In this document: positions 23,646-36,309 of the stretch, piece after piece
How positions within the stretch are numbered: position 1 is the first letter of the stretch
Layout: every line of letters starts with the position of its first letter
Assembly: GCF_963921235.1 (NCBI RefSeq)
Contig: NC_086106.1
Span: 21,762,001-21,826,000, forward strand
From: Mobula hypostoma
Taxonomy: Eukaryota
Reading direction: 5' to 3'
DNA: 64,000 nucleotides
Made by a program: the position numbers and the translations under genes
Notes under the pieces: model-generated
Database searches by the model: none
What the model saw: the letters and a program-made list of their open reading frames with translations, nothing else
Told to the model about the DNA's origin: nothing

Positions 23646-24215
23646 GTTAGAGTTAGGGTATGTGGAACCCATATCTCAGAAAAGGTGTGTTTCACTGGAG
23701 AGAACCCAGAGTTTGTTCAAGAATATGATTTCGGGAATGAAGGGGTTAAGGTATGAGGAGCGTCTTCCAGTATTGGGGATCTACTCCTGCGCTGACCAAT
23801 GTTTAATAAATGCGGGTAGTGGGACTGTTAAATCTCACTGAAGCCCACTGAATGTGGAAAGGTCTATGTGGGGTGGATGAGTAGAGGACTTTTCGTATGG
23901 CGGTGGTAGCCAGAACAGAGGCCACGGCCTCAAAACTGAGGAGTGATCTTTTAGAATATTTAAGAAGGATTTTTTTTTTTCAGAGAACAGTAAATCTGTG
24001 GAAATTTTTGACACAGACGTCGGTGCGGGCAAAGTCCGTGGTTACATTTAAGGCAGAAGCTAATAGCTTGCTGATCAGTCAGGACATAACAGGATATGAC
24101 GAGGAGGGAGGTGCACAGGGTTGACTGAGAACCGGGATCAGCCATGATAGAACGGCGGAGCAGAATTGATGATGCTGAACGGCCTAATTGTGCTCCCATG
24201 TCTTCTATTGCTCGT
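23646..24215 (+). mobile_element. CR1 3' end
   Basis: MISGMKGLRYEERL; 3'UTR TCAGCCATGATAGAACGGCGGAGCAG. Confidence 0.8.
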
Positions 24216-24401
24216 GTCTCACACAGTGATGATTGAAACAAAATAATCATTACATTCGGCTGTTATTTCTTTGCTCTATTCCTAACTCGCCAGCATCATC
24301 TTCCAGCCGTACAATGTCAACTCTTGTCCGTCTTTTACTCTTTATATATCTGAGCAACATTTCATTCGTGATTCTTTTCGCTCACTTACCATCTTGTCTC
24401 T

Positions 24402-24403
<2 letters not shown>

Positions 24404-24438
<35 letters not shown>
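24404..24438. repeat. (GT)n microsatellite
   Basis: Direct reading. Confidence 0.97.
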
Positions 24439-24441
<3 letters not shown>

Positions 24442-24552
24442 TGTCACCTGTTAGTTATGTAAGAGCTTTCCAATCCTCTCATTCCCACTATTTTCTTGCA
24501 ATATTACATGGCCCCGCTTTTTCGTTTATCAAAAACAGTATAAAGTCTGTGT

Positions 24553-24760
24553 ATGCTGGAAATCCAAGCAACACATACACAAAATGCTGGCGGAATCTAG
24601 GAGTCCAGGCAGTATATATGAGAAATAGTAAACAGTCGCCGTGTCGTGCTGAGACCCTTCGTCAGGACTGGGAAAACAGATTAGACGCCAGTGGAATACG
24701 TGTGGGGATGAGAGTGGTGGGAAAAGTGGGAGGTGATAAGTGAAACTGGGAGAGGGGGAA
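24553..24760 (-). mobile_element. Penelope-type 3' end with inactivated hammerhead motif (24633-24670)
   Basis: Minus strand CAGTC-CTGACGA-AGGGTCTCAGCAC-GACA-C-GGC-GACTG: helix I and CUGANGA kept, GAAA and GUC mutated. Confidence 0.75.
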
Positions 24761-24947
24761 TAGTCAAGAAAAATAAAAACTTCTTAGGATATAACTTCCA
24801 TAACGATTCTCGAAAGAACATTGTCAATGCCTCCACACCTCTTCAGCCACCGCCTTCAGATCTCTGGGCCGTACATCATCCGGTCCAGGTGACCTATCCA
24901 TCCTCATACCATGTCTGTTTCACAAGATCCTTCTCCCGAGTAACATA

Positions 24948-25810
24948 CAGTGACATGCAAGTGTGAGCACTGCTGGTGATAATTTCTATAACTGTGAATA
25001 GCTAAGCGAGTAAAAGATGAACTAATTTCCAAAAGGCTTAAAGTTAAACATGACACAATTATATAATATTTAGCAAGAAAACCTTTTTTTTTTATTTCCA
25101 TGTTTTACTGTTTCAAAATAAGAAAAAAACAAAAATGATAAGCGCCTGAAGCAAAAGTGTGGGCACCCTGCATGGCCAGTACTTAGTAACAACCACTTTG
25201 TAAGTGTTACAGCATGTAAACGCTCATTGTTGCCAGATAAGAGTCTTTCAGTTTTTGTTTTAGGGATTTTCGGCCATTCTTCCTTGCAAAAGGCTTCTAG
25301 TTCTCTGAGATTCTTGGGCCGCCTTGTATGCACTGCTCTTTTGAGGTCTATCCACAGTCCAATGACTATCCACAGTCAAGGGACTGTGAGGGCCACTTCA
25401 AAACCTTCATCCTGCACCTCTTGAGGTAGTCCATTGTGGATTTTGAGGTATGTTTAGGTTCATATCCTGTTGTAGAAGCCACCCTCTTTTCAGTTTTGGC
25501 TTTTTAAAAGACGGTGTGATGTTTGCTTCCAGAATTTGCTGGCTTTTAATTGAATTCATTCTTCCCTCTACAAGTAAATGTTCCCCATGCCACTGGCTGC
25601 AACAGAAACCCAAAGTTTGATCGCTCCACCTCGTGCTTAACAGTTGGAGAGGGGTTCTTTTCATGAAATTCTGCACTCTCTTTTCTCCAAACGTAACTTC
25701 GCTCATTGGGGTCAAAAATTTCTATTCAAAAGGTTCAAAGGAAAATCTAAACAAACCTGATGCACTTTGTAAGCAGGTCCTATGGACTGATGAAGTTAAA
25801 ATAGAACTGG
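24948..25810 (-). mobile_element. Tc1/mariner DNA transposon remnant (transposase C-terminal half and one IR/DR end)
   Basis: TA-CAGTG end at 24946-24952, inner repeat AAAAGTGTGGGCACC ~25152; VEGRMNSIKSQQILEAN, WLLQQD, RRPKNLRELEAFCKEEW, VLWTDEVKIEL. Confidence 0.9.
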
Positions 25811-25859
25811 AGGATAACGTGGTTAACTAAGGGGAAACAAATCGAAGAAGATGAAATAC

Positions 25860-26215
25860 AAAAAAAAACAACAGTAATTGCAGAAAATGCCAAAAGAAAC
25901 GAGACACAGTCCAACACATTCCAGGCTCCTGCAGGAGTTTAACTCAATCTGATTACTCATGAAGGGACAAACAAATGGCAAATATCATTCACTAAAATCC
26001 TGCTTTAAAATTCAGACTCATAATTGCCCTGCATCACTTCATAAAGGCACCATAAATTTAAGCGGACCAGTTTTAGAGTCAAAATCTTACAGATTATCTG
26101 ATAATCAATGCATTATTTCAGATAGGACAATCCATAATACTCATCCGGATATAATATTGCAGGATAAACAAGAAGGAACAACTCAATCAATAGATAAAAC
26201 CATACTCAACACACA
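25860..26215 (+). mobile_element. R4/Dong-type (RLE) non-LTR retrotransposon C-terminal fragment
   Basis: From 25879 CRKCQKKRDTVQHIPGSC (CCHC knuckle); then DRTIHNTHPDIILQDKQ (PD..D restriction-like nuclease region) in ORF 25959..26231. Confidence 0.72.
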
Positions 26216-26269
26216 GTTGCTCGACCAGTGAAGCACATTACCACGGGTATTGATTGTGTCATCATTGTT

Positions 26270-26359
26270 CTTGTCCCAGCTCTCTAGTCAAGTCCTGTTC
26301 CTAGTACTTCAGTGACTGTGTCTTGCATTTGTGTCCGCTCCTGGCGCCCTCTTATGACA
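26270..26359 (+). mobile_element. 3'-terminal fragment of the TG..CA solo-LTR-like family
   Basis: GTGTCTTGCATTTGTGTCCGCTCCTGGCGCCCTCTTATGACA matches the ends of copies at 30522 and 49323. Confidence 0.7.
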
Positions 26360-26619
26360 GTATAATGTTTGAATTAGTATACAGTATGCAACAAACAGCT
26401 GTAAAATGCCTAAATTCTAATAATGCTTCCTTCGCAATTAAATTGAGAGATATATGCTTAGGTTATTAACGCATTCACAAGATTGCAGTAGAGTGCATCA
26501 TAGTTACACGTAATAACAATCAAATCGTAACTTGCTTTGATGATCATGGCTAAATTATGTTTCATGTGACTTCGTCTATTTTATATGTAATAGTTTGCAC
26601 AGAGGATTGTGGGTGTTTG

Positions 26620-27290
26620 GAATGTACTACCAGAATTGAACACAGTACCCTAAGTGGGGTCTGACCAGGGTCCAATATAGCTGCAACATTATCTCTCGGC
26701 TCTTGAACTCAATCCCACGATTGATAAAGCCAATGCACTGTATGTCTTCTTAACCACAGAGACAACTTGTGCAGCAGCATTGAACGACCTATGGACTTGG
26801 ACACAAATATCCTCCTAATCCTCCACGCTGCCAGGAGTCTTACCATTAATGCTATATTCTGCCATCGTATTTGACCTACCAAAAATGTAGCACCTCACAC
26901 CGATCTGTGTTGAACTCCATCTGCCACTTCACAGCCCAGTTATGAATCCTATCAATGTCTCTGTGTTATCCTTTGACATCCCTCTGCACTGTTCACAACA
27001 CGCCCAACCTTTGTGTCATGAGCAAATTTACTAAACCACCCCTCTACTGCCTCATCCAGGTCATGTAAAAAAAATCACAAAGAGCAGGTGTCCCAGAACA
27101 GATGTTTGAGCCACATCCCTGATCACCGGTTTCCATGCAGAATATGACCTGTCTACAACCACTTTTTTTGCCTTCTGTGGGCAAGCTAGTTCTCGATCCA
27201 CAAAGTAATGTCCCTTGGATACCATGCCCCCTAACTTTCTCCATAAGCCTTCCATGGAGTACCTTATCGAATCCTTGCTAAAATACAAGG
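26620..27290 (-). mobile_element. CR1 RT fragment
   Basis: DFSKDSIRY, KVRGHGIQG, QTSVLGHLLFVIF on minus strand. Confidence 0.8.
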
Positions 27291-28559
27291 GTCGGTGGCA
27301 ATCACTTCGAATATTAACAGTACATACGATGAACGGGCAGTAAAGGACAGCGTTATAAATCTGAATTGTTACAAGCTATGCCGATCATATTTAGGTTCAC
27401 ATCCAACAAACGGATTTTTTTTACTAGAATATTTAACTTAATCTTTCCTGAAAGAATTAATGAACCTGATTCACTATAAAGACGTACGTCTTAAATATCC
27501 TAAAACATCTTTATTATAAATTATCATTAATCATTGTGCGGGAGGTGTTCTTTAAGTAATATTGATTCGTTAAATCGACAACATACAGACTGATTCGTGT
27601 TTAAATAAAAGTAACTTCACATTAAATTTGGTAATAGTGCAAAAATTGCTGGAAGTTGACACGTCACTGTTTGATCTGACACCTGGTTTAATCTGGTCGT
27701 ACTCTCTAAACACATTTTGATTCTCTTGTTACCGACAGATCCATGGGAAATTCCTGGCGAACAGTTCTCTCATTGGCAAACTTATAAGTACCTTTAAGCT
27801 CTTCCTGGCCAGAGAGCCGTTCCTTGTTTGTTTGTTGTTGTTCTGTGTTTTTTTTTTCTTTTTTTTAATTTTAGAGCAGCGGGCTCAGCCATGGATTTGA
27901 GGTGCGCGAATGTTGCTTTGCAGCGAGAAGGAAAATTGTTGCCCATCAGGACAGTCTTGAATACAATTTAAGCGGTTGATTGCCTATTTACAGAGGGAGA
28001 TACAAAGGCCCAGCTCTTCAGACCTTGTTCATTTGATACTGAGTGTATGATTGTGTTCCCTTCTCAACTGCAATCAATTGATATTAACAACTATTAATGC
28101 CCACGTGATTCAAGTTGTTGTGGACAGCCAGTGTTATTGCATCCGCTGCATACCAAGTGTGTCGATAGGAAAAGAGCAGCGGGTCTACGTCCACTATTAA
28201 GTAGGAGATTATTTAGCCACCAGCGACCTCCCAGAGCACTTCATCACATTATCTGTAACTGTTAACGGACAAAAGTTGTTGAGTTAAAGTATTAGACACA
28301 TGTAGGTACTGGGTGAGACCTCAATCGGTATATTTTTAACTATTAAAATAGCCTGCTCCATGTTGAACCTGGGCTTTCTAGTTCTGGATCACTGGTTTTG
28401 GATTCAACAAATTTAGCGTTCAACAGACTCCTGAATCTTTTGGTTGCTTAGTTCGGCTACAGCTGAAAATCATCAACCGAGGAGCCAATCGGCTTGTCGT
28501 CACTCTGTCTTGTCCCACCAGGAAAATAGATTCTCATATGCCACACTGATGGTTATAGT

Positions 28560-30780
28560 CTTCCATACCGCGTTCAACACCATCATAACTTGTGTTGGGG
28601 AAACTGTTTTTTTTTTTTTGGTTCGCCACCCATCCTTCCGCAACTGGATAGTGGTCTTCCTAACAGTAAGACCACACACTGCCGTGTGTGAAGAAAATAC
28701 TCTCTTCCAATTATGCTGAGCACTTGTGCTCCAATTTTGTGGATGTGGTAAGCCTTAACAAGAATGATTAAGACACCGAGTAGAGAGCGCAAGGGGATCG
28801 ACTGGTGGAATAGGGTGTGATGAATTTCTTTACTAGAATACGTAGAAAAAAAACACTAAAATACTGCAGTTTTACAATATCACCATGAGGAGTCACTTGA
28901 CAGATTACATCTGTATCCACCAAGGAATCAGGCGAGCATCGCAACGAAATAAAAATTCCTGCAGAAGACAAGAACTGTTGATATGATGATAGAGGTCTGC
29001 TTACTATCCATCGGGAACATTTATGAGGAACGCCGCATCCGCAGGACCCAGCACTTCCATTAAGCATTCGCTTTAGCTTTATACCATCAGACAGGAGAAT
29101 GCAATGCATTAAAACAAAAACATTTAGAATGTTAGAAAAATACACTATCATGGTCCGGTCCGTGAATTTCGTATTCCGGTTCACCATCCCGTCCATCGAC
29201 TCTTGCTCCAGGTTTTCCTGTCTACCCTGTTTCTGGCTTGTTGAGCTCTAAATGAGCCAGCTGATGCTCGTTGGGGCTAGCTGCATAAATACCATCAGAA
29301 ACCAGGGTGTGGCGGCTCGATTGTCCTTGTACTTACTCCTTGTATCTCTTCCTCTACCTTCTATTTCCTCGCCTGAAGCCCTGTCTTGTAATACCGGTAA
29401 CTCTCGCCTCGCCTGAATTTCTCGTCTCGCCTTGCTTTGCCAGAAGCCTTGCCTTGTCTTGCCGGTACCTCTCGCCTCTCCTGAAGTTGTCGTCTCGCTT
29501 TCCCTTGCCTGAAGCCTTGCCTTGTCTTGCTGGTAACTTGCGACTCGTCTCGCCTGCACTCTTGTCCTGGAGCCACACCGCACCTAGCGAACCTTCTGTC
29601 CCTTGCCTCCGTCGGGTGAGCCAGGCCGTCTCGCCGTTACCTGAGCTTGGTTCTGTCCCTTCCTGTCCCTTGCCTCCGTCGGGTAAGCCAGGCCATCTCG
29701 CCGTTACCTGCGGTTGCTTCTATCACTTCCTGTCCCATGCCTCCGTCGGGTGGTGAACAACGGCCTGCCCAGGATTACCGCACGCTGCCAAGGAATACGG
29801 CGCCCTGCCCAGGAGATGCGCGCCATGCCCAAGTGAACCGCGCCCTGCCCCAAAGGAGCCTGCCTAGCCTGAGGACTCTAGCCTCTCGCCTCTGGCCTCT
29901 TGCCACAACAAGCCAAGTCTCTAGCCTCTAGCCTCTTACCAAGCCAAGCCAAGACCCCACCCTCTAGCCTCTTGCCAAGACAAGCAAAGACTCTGGCCTC
30001 TAGCCTATTGCCAAGCCAAGCCGAGTCTCTAGCCTCTAGCCACAAGTCTGAAGACTCCAGCCTCCTACCTCCTGCCAAGCCAAGTCTCTAATCTCTAGCC
30101 TTAAGCCTGGGGACTCCAGCCTCATCCTTGCCTAGTTCTGGGGTCCGAGCCAGAGGCAAGACCCAGGTACTTGGTCCTTGTCCTGTCTCTGGCTCGGAGT
30201 CCATCCTGCCTCCTGCCCAGCCTCGCCTCTGGCCTCAAGCCTCAAGCCTGAAGACTCCAGCCTCTTTCTGCCTGCCTGCCAAGTTTCATCCTTGTCTGGT
30301 TCTGGGGTCGGCGCCAGAGGCAAGACCCAGGTACTGGGTCCTTTTCCAGTCTCTGGCTCGGAGTCCAAACCCGGGCTCCTAGCTCTCTTGTCGAATCCTG
30401 TTCCAGGTTCCTGGTTTTCGTATCCATGTCCTTGCCCTCAGCCTGTATCCTAGTCCTGTCCCTAGTACTTTAGTGTATGTGTCTTGAAGATTGGTCCGTT
30501 TCCCAGCCACCACCTTATCACATAAACAGTTTTTCCCCATGGCATTTATGCTTCTGAACACCCTGCAGCATACCGGTTATGAATGCCACTGGTTAATCTG
30601 TTCCATACATTACACAATTTAAAATTAGTGCACGTTAGTTTATTTATTTATTTTTGTTTTGTTTTGTTTGTTTGTGATTCACCTGTAGATTTCTGTCCTT
30701 ACCCTTCATAAGTTATTGCATGCAAAGTGTTCAATTGTGTTTTGTACCCTGTTTCTTCGAACATTAAACTGTTATGGCAT
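28560..30780 (+). mobile_element. Old Rex1/L2-type LINE 3' part interrupted by the element at 29146-30522
   Basis: SIGNIYEERRIRR near 29010; NSFSP-like AAACAGTTTTTCCCC resumes at 30524. Confidence 0.55.
29146..30522 (+). mobile_element. Solo-LTR-like element copy A (1377 bp) with internal minisatellites
   Basis: Begins TATCATGGTCCGGTCCGTGAA, ends TTATCACA (decayed TGTCA..TGACA); flanks TACAC/TAAAC (4/5 TSD). Confidence 0.75.
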
Positions 30781-30788
30781 ATTGATAG

Positions 30789-32124
30789 TGTCATGGTCCG
30801 GACCGTGAAGTCCGTGTTCCAGCTCACGGTTCCGTCCATGGTTCCTTGTTTTCTGCTTTTCCCCAGTTTGTGCTGTGGCACATGATTCTCGTTTTGGGTC
30901 TGAGAGATGAAAAACTCTGTAAACCAAGATTCCATGCTGAACTGTTCTGTGCTCCTCCTTGCCTCCACCACCTGCACCCACACTCCTCCCACACCACCCC
31001 CCCCACGCCACCACGCCGCCTGACTCTCTGCCTAGATACCTCGCCTGACTCTCTGCCCAGATACCTCGCCTGGATATCCCGTCTGTATACCCCGCCCGTA
31101 TGGCTGAAGTTTTACCACCGGAGCAAGAACGGAGTCTTGTTAGGTCAAGATAAGGAACTGTTTTGCGCTGTGTGGAATTGTCTCTCTGTGTCCACGCCTT
31201 CGCTATTATGTCCGGCCGTTTGCTGCTACCTGGTATTGGGAACTATCTCTGGGCCTTCGCCTTCGCTATGGGTGTCCGGCCTTTTGCCGCCATCATGTGT
31301 TGGGATCCTTCTCTTCAGGTTCAACATTCTGTGTATGATTCCAGGCCCTACGTCATGTTCAAAATGTGTTATCCCCGTCTATGTTATGGGTATGAGTCTA
31401 GGTCCTACGTCCTGTTCCAAAGGAGGCGTCCCGGCTCTGTCTTCCGTGCTCCCGCCTCTTCTCGTCCAAGGCTCCGTGCTCCTGAAGACCCGCTTGCAGT
31501 CCGTGCCTAGTCAAGTCCTTGTGACTCGCCCTACCCAGGGGTTCCTCTCCCAGGCCATGTCCAGTCCTGTAGCCTTGTTTTGTACTCGCCTACTTTTGGA
31601 GTCCGAGCCGGAATCAGGTTCCAGATTCTGGGTCGTTTACCAGCACGGAGTCCATATCTATGCCTCGGAATACCCTAGACTCAGGACCAAGAACCCACCC
31701 TCAGGCCTCCAGAGCATGACCCCAGCCTCAAGCCTCCACACCAAGACCCCAACCTCAAGCCTCCAGACCAGGACCACAGCCACAAACCTCCAGACCATGA
31801 CCCCACCCGCAATCATCCAGACCAAGTCACAGCCTCAAGCCTCCAGACCAATACCCCTGCCTCAAGCCTCCAACTAACACCACAAGCCTGTCTCCAAGCT
31901 CAAGCCTCAAGATCCCAAGCCTGTCTCCACGCTCAAGCCTCTAGACCCCAAGCCAGGCACCAAGTTCAAGGCACAAGACCCCAAACCTGTCTACAAGCTC
32001 AAGACTCCAAGCCTGTCTCCAAGCTCAAGCCTCAGGACCCGACGCCTGTCTCCAAGCCTCAAGCCTCAGGACCCAAAGCCTGTCTCGAAACTCAAGCCTC
32101 AAGGCACCGAGCTCAAGCCTCAAG
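30789..32124 (+). mobile_element. Solo-LTR-like element copy B, 3'-truncated by copy C
   Basis: Begins TGTCATGGTCCGGACCGTGAAG; colinear with copy D; stops inside the CAAGCCTCAAG array. Confidence 0.78.
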
Positions 32125-33566
32125 TGTCACATTGGCGGGGACTTTGGGAGCAAGGGTGGACCCAAATGCAAAACACATCTCGTGAGGTTAATTAAATTTA
32201 GTTTATTGTTTGATATCAGCAGAGCTAGGCAGGAGCACGAGTAGCGACCTGGACAAGGACTGAGGGCTACAACTAGCCTGGGACCAAGGGTCTGGACTAG
32301 GACTCGGAGTCGGCTCCCAGAACTAGATGAGGCATGAAGAGCTATGGTATGGACTCCGATCCCAATTCTGGGCAAGGCCCCAGTACCTGGGACTTGCCTC
32401 GGGCTCGGACCCCAGAACCAGGCCGCGCATGACATGGGTTAGGGAGACGAGGAACGTGGGAACACAGAGCCTCCGTCCCGGGAGAACAGGTACATGGAAC
32501 CATGGACACATACACAGAACAGAGAGCCGGGATACCTCCTTGGGTACGGGACATAGAGCCGGGATTCATGACTCTCCGCGGGGCAACGGCAAGACGGCCA
32601 GACTAACCCCACGGAGGCAAGGACAAGACAAGACAAGAACAATACGACTGAACACCAGCCAGTACCTATCCGGCTCCGGTGAGTACCTATCCAGCTCCGA
32701 TGATGGAACTAGACGGAAGTGCAGGCGGTGGCTGCAGACGAGGGCTAGAGGCGAGAGGGGCAGAGAAGGGATTCACACAAGGGGGTAGGACAGAAATCAC
32801 AGACCGCCAGGGCAAAGACTAGACTCAGAACTGGGAAGCCACCAGGGATAGGACTTGACATGATACTTGAACGCCACCAGGGCCAGGACTTGACATGGTA
32901 TTTGAACGCCGGCGGGTCCAGGAATTGACATGTACTTGAAACACCACCAGGGCCAGGACTTGGCATTGTACTTGAAACGCCACCAGGATCAGGACTTGTA
33001 CGTGGTACTTTGATGCCGCGGGAGACAGGGCGTGGACGTGGTACTTGGATGCCGCCAGAGCCAGGACGTTGACGTGTTACTTGGATGCCACCGGAACCAG
33101 GAAGTGGACGTGGTACTTGGAAGCCGCCGGAGCCAGGACCTGGTGCTTGAGCCTCCGGGTATTGCCGAGCTCCCGCCTCGGCACGGGAACAGTGGAGAGC
33201 GTTTCTTTATTCTCTCCGGCGAGTTAACTGACGGACCCACGTTGATGAGGAATCTTTGCAGGCTAGCTTCGGCGGGGTACATTGACAAGGTTGCTCCGGT
33301 GAGGAAAGGCGAATTACGGGCACTCGCTTCGGGCAGAGACTAGGCTTGCTCCGGCCAGATGACACTGGCAAGCCGTGACTTTCCAGACTTTGCAGACGCT
33401 CCCGCACCGAACGGCTTAAAACTGGAGACTATAAACTACCGGTTCAGCCGAGCGTTAATTGCCTCTAATCACGAACGTCGATGGACACGGGAAAACAGGG
33501 AATCAACGGTCCGGGTCGTAACGTAAACAAGGTAAATTTAACGGGGTCCCGATCCGGACCATGACA
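32125..33566 (-). mobile_element. Solo-LTR-like element copy C (1442 bp), inverted
   Basis: Minus strand begins TGTCATGGTCCGGATC, ends GCCAATGTGACA; ~36-bp minisatellite at 32860-33150. Confidence 0.78.
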
Positions 33567-34450
33567 GGCTCAGCTTCTCAAATTATTTCTTAACACTCAG
33601 TGATCTGCCTTCAGGACCTTTTCCTCTTTCTTACCTAAATCGTTGGTACCAATTTGTATCACGACCTCTGGCTGTTCTCCTTCCCACTTCAAGAACAAGT
33701 GTAAGCGATCAGAAACATCGCGGACCCTGGCGCCTGGATGACAATCGAACAATCGATTTTCTTTCCTGCGTCTACAGAATCGCCTGTCTGACCTTCTAAC
33801 TATAGAGTCCCCTCTCTATGCTACCATCCTCTTCCTTTACCTACCGTTCTGAGCCACAGGGACAGAATCTGTGCCAGAGGCGCGAACATTTGCTGCTTGT
33901 TCCAGGTTGGCCACTCCCACAATAGTACTCAAATAAGTGTACTCATTGTTAAACGTGACAGCCACTAGTGCGCTCGCTAGCATCTACCTCTTACCCTTCC
34001 CTCTCCTGACTGCTACCCACTTACCTAGCTCTCCAGGCCCCGGAGTGACTATCTGCCTATAGCTTCTCTCTGCAATCTCCTCACTCTCGTTGACCAGACG
34101 AAGGTCATCGAGCTGCATATTCAGTTCCCTAACGTGGTCCCGAAGGAGCTGCAGCTGGACGCGCGTGGTGCAAATGTGGCCCTCCGGAACTCTGGGAGTC
34201 TCCATGAACTCCCACATCTGACACCGAGCACAGAAAACCGGCCTCCCACTCATACTTTCTATCTGTATTCTTCACAGATATCCTATCTCACCTCGACCCG
34301 TTATCGATGAAGCCCCCTTGAGCTAAGGCCTTTCTACTCTGTCGTCCTCTATTCCAACACCCGTTTCTCCGACGCCCGCTCTATAAATTTGTCTTTTTTT
34401 CAGCTCTTCTCGTTGTTTGTACTGGCTAACCTGTACGCGCTTGAGCAGTC
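33567..34450 (-). mobile_element. CR1 5' end: 5'UTR and ORF1 (Cys-rich/coiled-coil region plus SGNH esterase)
   Basis: ORF 33984..34253 CARCQMWE..LRDHVRELNMQLDDLR; DSIVRRSDRRFC near 33780-33815 and IGTND near 33645. Confidence 0.8.
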
Positions 34451-34589
34451 GTGCCCCTTTCAAACAGCTGAAGAAATAACCGTCCGGGAAATATCTGGGA
34501 AATCTTCGACATATCGAACGATACACATTATTCCGAAAAGAGAGGTAGGAAGTCAGAGTGAGCCACGGTGCTCTGTTTGAAAATATAAA

Positions 34590-36200
34590 AGTGAAATCAG
34601 ATCAATGGAAAGGGATAATATATGGTCGGAAAGTATTTAATGTGGCTTGAACTAAGGAACTGCAATCCTTGTGTTTAATACAAGTTCCCAAACAGCAGTA
34701 AGGATACGACCGAGAAACGACAAAGGAAGGTCGAAAGTACGTGCCAAAGTGGCAACTTTTCAACAGTGATGGTAGATTTCAATCTGCAATTAGACTGAGA
34801 AATTCGGGTTTCTACTGGGAATTCTAGAGTTCCAAAGAAAAAAAATATATAATGTATATATATGTTAAGATCTGCTCGTGGATGAGCCCAGTAGAGAATT
34901 AGCTATATTCGATTGGTTGCTGTGAAATGAAACAAAATTGTATTTGAACCTATGGTAAGAAATAATTATTACTGAAGTATCACAATAGAATCGAATTTAG
35001 ACGGAATTTTTGTATGACAAAGTCAGATGTATCAGTATTTCAGGCATGACAGAGAATTTGGCAGGAAATGATTGGAAAATAACACTGGGCGGAATGACAG
35101 CAGAGTAGCATTGACTGGAAAACCTGGAAACAATTGGAAAGCGCAGGGTATATCCAGACTAAAGAGCAAGAAATATTCTAAATGAAAAGTTGACATAACT
35201 GTGGATAGCAAGAGATGTCAAAGCAAACATAGCAGACAAAGCAATGCCATGTAACTGAAAAAAAATATGGATTGGGTTTGGATAACTGGGAAAAACTTTA
35301 AAAAGCCAATAAAAGGACAATTAAAACCAATATGATGGTAAGGATGAAAATAAACTAGCCGAGCATGTTAAAGATCATACCACACATTTCTTCAGATGCA
35401 CGTAAAAGAGAGGCGGGAGTCGATATTGAATCGCTGGGAAATGATGCTGCACTTGTAGTACTGCGGGAAACGAATTTAGCGGACGAACTGAAAAGTGTTT
35501 TGCATCAGTCTTCTCTGTGGAATACACTAACAGTATGGTGAAATTTCCAGGGGGTCATAGATTATGAAGTGTATGGAGTTACCATAAATTGAAATAAGGT
35601 TATTTTGAAACTGAACGATCTGAAAGCCGGTAGATTATCTTGACGAGAAGGCGTACAGCCCGAAGTTCTGAAGGTTTTCGCTGAAGACCTCGTGGAGTTA
35701 TTAGCGTTGGTCTTTCAAGAATCACTCGATTTTGTCAAGGTTGAAGAAGACTTGAAATTTGCAAATGCACTCCACTATTCAAATAGGCACAGATGCAAAG
35801 TAAAGAAAACTATGACCAGTGAAACTGACCGGAGTGACTGAGAAAATTTTCGAGGCCATTATTAAGTATGAGGTCTCATGATTCTTGACACAGCATAATG
35901 AAGTAAATGGTATTCTTGGTGGTTTATTCAACGGCAAATCTCGCCTGCGACATCTGCTGAAATTATTTGAAGACATAAAAAGCAGAATAGACAAAGGATA
36001 ATGATGTGCTTCGATAAAAGAATGCAATGGAAAAGGTGCCATTCATGAGGCTACTAACTAGGGACGAGCGTATAGTGTTATCGGAAAGTTTGCAGCATGG
36101 ATAAAACAGTGTCTGATTGGCAGCAGGCAATGCATGGGAGTATTGGGAGCCGGTAACCCGTAGTGTTCAACAGTGGTTAATTTTGGTGTCAATTCCTTTT
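34590..36200 (+). mobile_element. Highly decayed CR1 ORF2 (endonuclease end, linker, RT start)
   Basis: GDFN-like at ~34770; ANALHYS..ENYDQ (cf. ANVTPLF..GNYRPVSLT) at ~35760-35830; HGF..GKSCL-like at ~35910. Confidence 0.65.
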
Positions 36201-36309
36201 TCGTTATATGTCAAGGATATTATTAAGAAGGAGAGTAATAAGAGGTGTTGTAATTTTCATGGATTTATTTTCCATTCATAAATCTGATGGCAGGACGGAA
36301 TAATGTATT

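Noticed and set aside
23250-24215. Back-to-back CR1 pieces as a twin-priming inversion
   Set aside because: The two pieces cover overlapping parts of ORF2 and differ in sequence, so they are independent insertions
24222-24250. CACAGTG heptamer as a possible recombination signal sequence
   Set aside because: No ACAAAAACC-like nonamer at 12 or 23 spacing; other heptamers lie within TEs
27725-27800. Acceptor-like site followed by DPWEIPGEQF, reminiscent of kinase WEIP; also GGGAAATTCC
   Set aside because: No GxGxxG follows, a stop comes after ~20 codons and there are no other kinase exons; a few kB-like 10-mers are expected by chance in 64 kb
30846-31877. 343-aa ORF, the longest in the window
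   Set aside because: Lies wholly inside solo-LTR-like copy B; no domain motif; the homologous region of copy D is not an open frame; compositional artefact
29280-33150. Regular short repeats as a CRISPR-like array
   Set aside because: Eukaryotic context; units are tandem and degenerate with no unique spacers
32989-33343. Periodic peptides (STTSTSWFRWHP / DVDVVLG repeats)
   Set aside because: Translation of a ~36-bp minisatellite inside copy C, not a repeat protein
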